Shown here piece after piece: positions 51,743 through 64,000 of a DNA stretch of 64,000 bases. The position numbers and the translations under genes were made by a program. How positions within the stretch are numbered: the first letter of the stretch is position 1; each line of letters starts with the position of its first letter. The notes below the pieces were generated by a model, which ran no database searches, was not told where the DNA came from, and saw only the letters and a list, made by a program, of their open reading frames with translations. Origin of the DNA: the human T2T-CHM13v2.0 reference genome, Homo sapiens; assembly GCF_009914755.1 (NCBI RefSeq), contig NC_060925.1. One strand, given 5' to 3'.

Positions 51743-52953
51743 ATCTTCACTTTTTAAAAGGCATAGCTAAACTGCATTGATACAACCTAATGATCTCCCT
51801 AATTAATGTAACTTTGCTGGTAATTGTTTTTTTAGAGTCCTCTGTTTAAGATTGGGTTACATTCAAATCAAATGGTACTGTTTAAACTGTTTGCTGTTTT
51901 TTGTGTTTGTTCCCCGTTAGTGCTATCTTGGACATGCTGAGCTTCTAACTGCCACAGGGCTGTTTTGCTACTACTGACCTTATAAAGCCAACAGTTAGTG
52001 ACTGTGTATATAAGGATTTAAGAGATTATTTTACCAGAATAAGGTTGCTTTGTAGCCATCCGGTGTAAATGGTGTTTCTTTCCATTAACAAATTGAAGAG
52101 CTCTTAAGCACCTGAAATTAAATAACAGCTTAAAAAATAAATTAATATACAAAAAATTTAGGTTTACTGACAATATCAGATTATTTCCCATTAAAAAAAA
52201 TCACCCAACTCTTTTTTCTGATGCCTTTCACGTGGGACTTCAAAAAGCTTTTCCAAATATTTTCACTATCTGTAGTTCTCATTCTAATTTTGTAAATTAA
52301 AAAAAAAAAAAGAGCCAAATAACTGACCCAAAGTTATGCAGTCAGTTGGTAGTAAAAGCCAAATAAGAGCTCAAATTTAATCTAGTCGTTAGAATCTGCC
52401 ACAGTGTCCTCTTCGCTAAGTTGTACTACTGCCTCATTTTATTTCCCTTAAAAAATAATTGTTTGCATATCAGTTAAACTGGTCACATTGAAATATAAAA
52501 CACGCCAGTATTATCAAGAGGTCCTTTCTTAAAGCAACAAAATACAATCACCTTTGTGCTAAAAATAAGCTATAAAAATAATTGTGTACCTTATAAATTT
52601 ATCTACAAGTTTTAGCCTTCATTATATTCATTAATTAAAATGCCATAAATCTTCCTTTCCTATTGCTAAGATATTCTTAAACTTGCATACAAAGCACCAA
52701 AATGCACATCAGCCACAACACACACAAATTCATCACTCAATCTCGGTCCATTACTCTTGCCAAGGTCAGTATAGAATATTCTTGAAATTTTCACTTGTAG
52801 AATGAATAGATGTTTTGTAAGGATTATCTATTCAGGCAGAAAAAAAGGGGGGAGGGGAAGAACACAAGAAACAATTAGCTATTCAACTGGTACTGAGCAA
52901 ATTCCAAGTACGGAATCCTTTGTTTGTTTTTATCTTGTTTTTGTTTTTCTTAC

Positions 52954-53189
52954 CTACCTTGGGACTCCAGTCCACGAGAAGAAATACATCTTGTGAGATT
53001 TTTGTACAGCCTTTCTACAAACCTCCGTAGAGAAGGAGACGTTGTTGTCAGTTTTGGCTTCCTTTTGCAGTCAGGGACTGGGACCCAGAGTTATCTATTT
53101 GCATTTCAACACCCTTCTTTTGTTTTCGGTCCCACAAGAGGCTCAACCAGTTCAAAAGCAGGTAAGGCAGTTAGATCATTGTAATGACC
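52954..53189 (-). ncRNA. Candidate non-coding exon (possibly of a minus-strand lncRNA such as LINC01562, unverified)
   Basis: Minus strand: ttttctcctttgagttttctag|GGTCATTAC...GGAGTCCCAAG|GTAG|GTAAGA; pyrimidine tract plus AG acceptor and tandem donors (exon end 52958 or 52954); non-repetitive sequence; no minus-strand ORF of 60 aa or more in the track. Confidence 0.45.
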
Positions 53190-54199
53190 CTAGAAAACTC
53201 AAAGGAGAAAACTTTTGCAAACAATGTGGTTATTTTAGCAAAAAACTACTACTTATTTCATCAGTCAAGCCTACAGAGCTCAAGCTAGACCATCTTGTTA
53301 AAAATTTACCTTAGGTTGTTCTTAATTCTCTCTGTGCCCTAGAGAGAGAAGAATGATGGTGGAAAGCAGGGTTAGAGAACAGAGAGGAGGAGAGTTCTGC
53401 ATCCAGAATCTCTTCTGAATAAACAAATATCGCTAAAATATCCAAATATTCACAGGAATTTACAGGTCACATTATTGCATTTGATTCTGAGAGCAACAGC
53501 CTCTGTCATTTCTGCTGAAGGAGCATTCCTATATAACTCTAACAAAATTAAGAGAAAAGAATACTTTCTAGGTGGAGAGAGTTGGAGAGGACGGGTAAAG
53601 GTGCAGCCATCCCAGTGTCTGAAGGACACTCAGACACAAATGCTGCTGGTGTATACTTCCTGTCACACCCACTCAGATGACTACATGGTCAAGATTCCAG
53701 AATGTGATCCCGACGACAGCTTTCTAAGCATTTAATATTCCAAGAGGCATCAGCAGATAAAAATGTGCAGAGTTGCAAATTTTTAATAGAAAAATCCCCC
53801 AGGGTCTATGTTGAAGGTCAGTGTTTGGGAAAAGGCTATATTATAATGGGGCTATGGAGTCACAGATTAGAGACGGAAGGGACCATAAGGTTCATTTCCT
53901 CAAGGTCCGTGGTTACACAGCTGGTTTGTGACAGGCTATGAGCTCTCTGGGGTCTCAATCTCACGCTCTTGAGCTTTTGGTTACCAAACCTGCTTAGATG
54001 AGATCCACAGTGAGGTTATATTGTAAAAATTCTAAGACTTGGCAAGTCAGCCTATAATGAAGATATATATGCATAGACTTCAAAGGACTGACCTTGTCAT
54101 CACCTACAATAGCTCTGCCGCAAGATTACTGATTCAGGCATTCAGCTTTTGGATAAGCATCTTTCCTTCCAACTTGCATGACAACAACTCCAACTGCTC

Positions 54200-56250
<2,051 letters not shown>

Positions 56251-56257
56251 GGTCACA

Positions 56258-56258
<1 letters not shown>

Positions 56259-56298
<40 letters not shown>
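56259..56298. repeat. (CA)n microsatellite
   Basis: Visible CA run. Confidence 0.9.
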
Positions 56299-56300
<2 letters not shown>

Positions 56301-56764
56301 CTGAATTTGATGAGTGAATACACATGGCCCTATGGTGCCAAAGACTATTTACAAGTCTCAACACTGGTCTACAACCCAGCACTCTCCTGCTGCTATTCCC
56401 TGGGGAGAGGTTGGGACTGGGTTCCTCTCTAAGTATAGTATCCTCACTTGCAAGAGGGCAGCTGGGTGCTTAAACTGTATCAGCTCTAATCTTCACCACA
56501 ATCCATTTTACCAGTTTGGAAACAGACAGGTTAAGTAAACTACTCAAGCTCAGCTAGAGTGACCCTCACCCTGTTTCTTATGAAGGGGTTTCCACAGTCA
56601 ATAGAAAACTCTTCTACAGGCAGCTACAAAGATATGCATTGAAGTGACCACATAGCTTCATTATAAATCTCTTTACTGATTCTATGCCTTCATAGGGAAA
56701 AATGAGAATAACTACTTTTATAACAGACTAAATGAAAATTAATTTCAGAGAGTTTATAGAAAAT

Positions 56765-57076
56765 GGCCAGGTGCAGTGCCTCAAGCCGGTAATCCCAGCA
56801 CTTTGGGAAGCTGAGGCAGGTGGATCACTTCAGGTCAGGAGTTTGAGTCCAGCCTGGCCAATATGGTGAAACCCCGTCTCTACTAAAAACACAAAATTTA
56901 GCTGGGCATGGTGGCATACGCCTGTAATCCCAGCTACTCAGGAGGCTGAGGCAGGAGAATCATTTGAACCCAGGAGTCAGAGGTTGCATGAGCCAAGATC
57001 GCGCCACTGCACTCCAGCTTGGGCAACAGAATGAGACTGCCTCAAAAAAATAAAAATACAAAATACAAAAAGAAAA
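56765..57076 (+). mobile_element. AluSx
   Basis: Full Alu. Confidence 0.92.
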
Positions 57077-57739
57077 TGAATGTTATTTCCACTTTCATTT
57101 TTACTCCTCCCCTAACTGGCCTAAGTTTTTCTTACCAAATTGCCATTAGATTTTCAAAATGCTATGCTAAATAAAATACTGTTGGCCTTCATGTTTGAAA
57201 ATGATGTTGCTGAGAGTGCTATTTTTTAAGCTAGAATTTTTACAGTCAGCAAATAAAGTAATGGTCGGTAAATTCAAGACCAGTTCCACAGAATAGATTG
57301 ACTTCCTTTTAACCTGCTGGGCAAGAGTGAATGCTATTTTTTTTTCTATGTTTAACATATTCATGAGGAGCAGGGATAGAGTAAGTACATTCAAGCCACA
57401 GGTAGTCAAAATAATTTTTTGCCATTGGTTTTAATTATATATGCCATGATATCTTCTGGTAGAAATGACAAACTATAAAGATAGGTTTGTGCTTCACATC
57501 CTATTCTTTTCCATTGTTGCCTGACAGAAGCCCCAATGAATAGGGAAATTACATCCTTGGCTACAAAAATGGGCATGCAATTAGAATCATCCAACGGACA
57601 AAGAACCTAAAAAATTTTAGGGATTTTGGCACTCCTGTTTCCAATATCTTTGCTTCTTAGAAGGAAAAAACTCAAGTCAAGCAATTTGCTGCAAAGCACA
57701 GACACTGTGACACATTCAGCAAGGACCAAGGTGTCCTAA

Positions 57740-58087
<348 letters not shown>

Positions 58088-58639
58088 CAGTGTGTTTTCT
58101 TCGGAAACCAATGATTATCCTCCAATTGGTCTGGAAGAGAGAGAGAATCTCCACAGAAAACCTGCATATAACTCTTCTGGCACTGTTCACAGTTAAGAAT
58201 TGCAAATTACTTTACAAAATTACTTCTCTCAAAATACCCAGACACCTGGCCACAGACTGCCAACCTAATACTAAAATAGGCACCTTGATCAGCTCACGCT
58301 GTGACTTTAACCATTCAGCTGCATTTGACCACAGCGACAGATATCTTTGCCAAAAGAAATATGAAAAACTCTGGGAGCTGATTGCAAAATTGGGATTGGT
58401 CCAAACTTTTCCAAAGTGATGGCTCTGTTGTCTGGAATGTCTCACAGCCAGGACATTTTTCTCAACACGTCAGCTCTATATAATGAAAGCAATAAGAAGA
58501 AAATCAGATGTGCACAGAGCTTTTCTCTCTCTGCCTAATATGGGAATAATAATTAACTGTCCAAAAATGTAAGCACTGGCTCATGGCTGATGATTCACCT
58601 TTAAAGTTGTGCAAAGAAAAAGGCCAAACCTTTTGCAAA

Positions 58640-59177
58640 GCATGTATCAGTCATAAAAATGTCTACTTCCTTTGACACAGTAATCTTATTGCTGGAAACT
58701 GATCCTAAGAAATGATCCAAAAGAAAAGATGTTCACTACAAAATATGAATCAACCTAAATGCCCAATAATCAGAAAAATGTTAGTTATAGTACATGTTTC
58801 TAATGAAATACTATATTATCATTAAAAATAAATTATGAAGACTGTCACAATATACAGAAAATAGAGGATGATATTAAATTGAAAAGCAGAATACAGATGA
58901 TATATGTGCATTATGAATATAACCATGTTCAAATATATTTGCACAGAGGAAAAATGGAATAGCAGTATTATGGGTGTTTTTTCTCTTTTTAACATTTTGT
59001 AATGTTGATCTACTGTTTTATATGTAGAGAGAGAAAGGGTCTCACTCTGTTGCCCTGGCTGGAGTGCAGTGGTGCAATTATAGTTCATTGCAGTCTCGAA
59101 CACCTGGGCTCAAGCAATTATCTCGCCTCAGCCTCCTCAGTAGCTAGGACTACAGGTGCCAGCCATTGTGCCAGGCT
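58640..59177. mobile_element. Old L1ME fragment (+) followed by an AluJ/FRAM monomer (-) at 59030-59177
   Basis: caacctaaatgcccaataat...aatgaaatactat; Alu right-arm sequence. Confidence 0.65.
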
Positions 59178-60632
59178 TGTTTTAATCTTTTTTTAAGTTA
59201 TGTACAATATTTCATATTCCTTTCTATACAGTAAACCAGCACATAAATAATTTTTAAATTATCTAAAATAGCTAGCTCATTTCAAATATTTGTCCTTTAA
59301 AAATTATGAGCAGGACACTTGCCCAACATTTGACAACCAGCAGAATATCCATGCCAGTTTTGCTTCAACCCCTCTGACCACTCCAAAGTCAACATAGATT
59401 CACCTAAGCCCAGAATATAGTCGGATCAGAAAGGCACATGGCTCTGCCCCTGAAAAACTCCTGGCTCAGGCCCTCCCCTAAAGAAACCAGCCAGGTGGTT
59501 CCATGGGGATCTGGGTCCCGAGCCTCTACTACTATTTCCAGGGAAGACCTGGTTTGTGAAAACCTCTGGGTCTACCTCCTGCAGCCACCCTTGTGCTCTG
59601 GAAGGCAAGTAAGCCATTTCAATATGGACTTTGGATCCTGGACCCAAAGGTAGAAAAATACACAGCTATGAGGCCTTTGTTTTGATGTTTGTTTCTCAAA
59701 AATGGATTTTTTCACACCCAGTACATGTGGGGAGCAGCTGTTTTGTAGACAACCCTACAGATCTCCACAGAAAGATGAAGAGGTGGGGGCTGCCCCACTT
59801 GCTTCTGGTCTGCTACCAAGAAGAGTTAATCATCTCCCCAAATAGTGCAGGGAATGAGTTTTAACCTTGAATATACAGGCTTTGCGCTCACAGATACTGG
59901 TCATTAATGTTTATGCATGAAAGGTGACAGTTTTTGTTTGGTATACAGAGCATTGAAAAGGAAAAAGGAACTACTAATTTCTACAGGTTTCATTGTCTTG
60001 AGATCAAATATTCATAGCAACTCAGAAATCTGTCTAGAGAAATGTAGCTATTGCTAAGCTAATGCTTAGTAAACTCAAATAGACCCCATTTTATTACTGA
60101 TATATATGAATTATATTGTTTCAAATGCATGCTTTTATCAATAATTCTTCAAAGGAAAAATTTTTAATTTTACAGAATCTTTTTTTTTAATCTATCAAGC
60201 TTTTTCTAAACCATCATACCTATGTTGCTCAAAAATTGTTGAGACCCGGGGTCAAGGAGACATTCACATTGGCTTTCAACGGAAAATGTGCTTCTCTACA
60301 CTAAAATGGCCACTTAAGCAAGACTGTGGAAATGATTTATCTCACAATGTTTAAAGTTGGATCCTGACTCCAGCTATGTCATGACTGCACAATCAGTCAG
60401 AGACAAGTAGTTACACGCTCCTAAATAAAGAAGAGCACTCTAATGGCCAAATGAGTTGAGCATCTAACATACTAAAATTACCTTAATAAAAGTTAAATTA
60501 CCCACATCCAAAAGAATACAAAAATCACTCGCAATAATAATGTTTAAGTGTTAAGAACAGCAGAACATAAAATAGATCTATTTACGTCACATAAATGTTA
60601 TCTTCGCAAATTGGTGTTAAGCAGTGATATTA

Positions 60633-60701
60633 GCAGTATATAAGTCAGAAAGTAAGAAAGTAGTATATAAGTCAGAAAGTAGCAGTATATGAGTCAGAAA
60701 G
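60633..60701. repeat. Short tandem repeat, 3 x agtatat(a/g)agtcagaaag
   Basis: Three near-identical 18-mers with 3-9 nt spacers. Confidence 0.85.
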
Positions 60702-61014
60702 AAAAAGAAAAGGAATCAAGCGGTATAACCAGAGGCTATCACATGAGAGCATAGATTGCTGTTTATTGTTCACTGTAGTATCCCCAGGACCTAGTAAGTT
60801 CTGAATAAATATTTGTTGAATGAATGAATGTATGAATAAAGGAACAGAGCTCATCAAAACAAAAACGCAATTTGTGTTGTAGAATTATAGGCCCATGCAT
60901 ACTTGCTTTAACAAGTCAGAAAAGAGACTTCCCAAAAATAACATGTTTGCTACTGACTATAATTTAAAATTGGGCGTTAAAATTTATGTATGGATCCTAC
61001 ATTAAAATATGGCC

Positions 61015-61018
<4 letters not shown>

Positions 61019-61045
<27 letters not shown>

Positions 61046-61325
61046 GAGACAGAGTCTCACTCTGTCGCCCAGGCTGGAATGCAGTGGCTCGCTCGACTCA
61101 CTGCAACCTCCGCCTCCCGGGTTCAAGCGATTCTCCTGCCTCAGGCTCCCAAATAGCTGAGAATACAGGTATGCACCACTACGTCCGGCTAATTTTTGTA
61201 TTTTTTAAGTAGAGACAGGGTTTCACCATGTTGGTCAGGCTGGTCTCGAACTCCTGACCTCGTGATCCGCCCACCTGGGCCTCCCAAAGTGTTGGGATTA
61301 CAGGCGTGACCCACCGTGCCCGGCT
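61019..61325 (-). mobile_element. AluSg-like
   Basis: TSD tggcc(a/g)agat. Confidence 0.92.
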
Positions 61326-61614
61326 GGCCGAGATATTAATAGAAGCAATTGGGACCATCCTAAAAGACCCTTCAGATACTGTCTCTGTAGAGTCAATCAT
61401 GTTACAGTTTCAGAAGTTTCTTGGTCAAATTGACTAACAGGTTTTGAGCACCCTCATTCCACCTGAATCTTTCCTAATTCACCATTTCAATTATGTGTAC
61501 TAAATGGGCTCAGAGCCTGCTTCTAGGGGCATTAGAAAATGAGACACAGTCCAAGATGTGTTTTAACTCTTCCTGGAGCAGCAATCTAAAGTGCACCCAC
61601 CTCCATTCTTCTCC

Positions 61615-61830
61615 AGCTCATTATCCTGTGTCTTTACTTTGCAGTGCTTAGCACAATCTAGTTATCTTGTTTGTTTGCTATTTTCTGTCTGTCTACTCCC
61701 ACTAGAATGTTATTTCCAGGAGAGCAAGAACTTTGACTATCTTAGTTTATCACTGTATTCCAGCACCTGACACAGTGCCTGGTACCCCATACTCAAATTT
61801 TTAGGAATGAATGAACAAGTAAATGAGTGA
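61615..61830 (+). mobile_element. L2 3' end
   Basis: cccactagaatg...cactgtattccagcacctgacacagtgcctgg...gaatgaatgaa. Confidence 0.75.
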
Positions 61831-62029
61831 CTAGGATCTAAGGATGATGTAAATAGTTTATTGCTGGCTAGAGGAAAGTATAAGAAAAATGTTCTCATAC
61901 TTCTACTCTAGGCTGCTATATGACAACATATAATTTTATTTTTAAATAAGATTTGGTAAAAGGCTTTCTAAGCAATTGATATATTATCCTTGGATGAATG
62001 ATCCAAGTCCTCCCATTCCAACTAGATGC

Positions 62030-62338
62030 TTTTTTTTTTTTTTTTTTTTTTTTTTTTGACCGAGTCTTGCTCTGTCACCCAGGCTGGAGTGCAGTGGTGC
62101 GATCTCAGCTCACTACAACCTCCACCTCCTAGGGTTCAAGCGATTCTTCTGCCTCAGCCTCCCAAGTAGCTGGGATTACAGGCATGCGCCAGCATGCCCA
62201 GATAATTTTTGTATTTTTAGTAGAGACAGGGTTTCATCATGTTGGCCAGGCTGGTCTCTAGCTCCTGACCTCAGGTGATCCACCGCCTTGGCCTCCCAAA
62301 GTGCTGGGATTACAACTGTAAGCCACTGCACCTGACCC
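62030..62338 (-). mobile_element. AluSx
   Basis: Full reverse Alu with a long T run. Confidence 0.92.
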
Positions 62339-63307
62339 CAGATAGATTCTAAGACAGATTCTGACAGTTCAAAGTTCAAACTGCTCTCGAAATATAAGAC
62401 TATATTTCTAAAAACAACTAAAAAAAATTAAAAACTTCAAGATTCCAACTACAGCACCATCTCTTAGTCCATTCACTTTAACAATTAACTCTTAAGTTTC
62501 CTGTCATACTTCTTAATTTTCACAGTATAAAAATATTCAATTCACTAATTCAACAGTGAATATGTAGAAATTTAAAGCCATTTTAATTTCTTCATTTTGC
62601 CTTAATGTAGCAACTTTAATATACTCTGTATTTTTTTTTCCTTATATCTAGATTCTCAGGAAAAGGTTTTACTTAACAGGGCCTTCTTTCATCAGCAATA
62701 AGTATGAAATTAGATCTAGACCCCTTTAACTTTACTCCTGGTTCAATTCTAGCTTAACTAATTGTAGTACATTTGCTTTGCATTCCCTGAAATATTACAT
62801 GGTTTTACAACAGTCAGGTTCTTTGGGTGCATCACACCTATGGCAAGAATCTACTTTGACTAATCTTGCGGATAAAAGATTGTGTTGACATTTATCCACA
62901 CAATTTGTTGAATATGGGACCCCCAAAACCTAAATGAATACATACTAGATCAATCTCTTTTCAATATATTCAGACATAGTACACACCGATATTTCATAGT
63001 ATTTCCATGGTAATTCAAAGCCTAGCTAATTTAGGCTAACAAAGTTTCAGTGTTCAATTTGAGCTGTTTACTTACTTTGGCCACCTTCTCCAAAAACTAG
63101 ATTCAATCTAATAGATAAGATTTTTGCCCACACCAATAATCATTCCAAAACCAGGTATAGCAAGATGTATTAACTCAGTTGGTTTTGTTTTTGCCAAATA
63201 TTACAGCAACATTACTGGAGATCAATATTTAAGAAAAAAGAAAATCACTCATAATGCCATTGTACTAAATCAAACACTTCATCTCTATGCATACATGAAC
63301 ATAATTT

Positions 63308-63897
<590 letters not shown>

Positions 63898-64000
63898 TAA
63901 AACAAATTCTTAAACCGGTATTACCAAGTCAAAGAATGAGCATTTTCACATCTCGATTAAATTTTAACCGAGATTTAAACATGTGTTTTCAGAGGTATGA

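Overview
Human/primate genomic DNA with no intact protein-coding gene and no CpG island. It is repeat-rich: roughly 55 Alu copies or fragments counted by eye (densest at about 17.8-38.9 kb), plus old L1M, L2, MIR, MaLR/ERVL LTR and hAT MER fossils. Almost all ORFs in the track are Alu or microsatellite artefacts. The two gene-derived elements are a disabled processed cofilin-1 (CFL1) pseudogene at about 7693-8732 (+), split by an AluS and lacking a 3' tail, and an internally deleted Y3 RNA retrocopy at 45537-45611 (-). Two unique-sequence segments (47610-47761 and 52954/52958-53189) carry good minus-strand splice signals and may be lncRNA exons. From memory only and unverified, the layout would fit CFL1P2/LINC01562 at 1p32.3. 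I found no evidence of a novel biological system; the findings are modest structural observations (nested or inverted Alus, tandem duplications, bidirectional splice signals). Repeat boundaries and subfamily calls are by eye and approximate.
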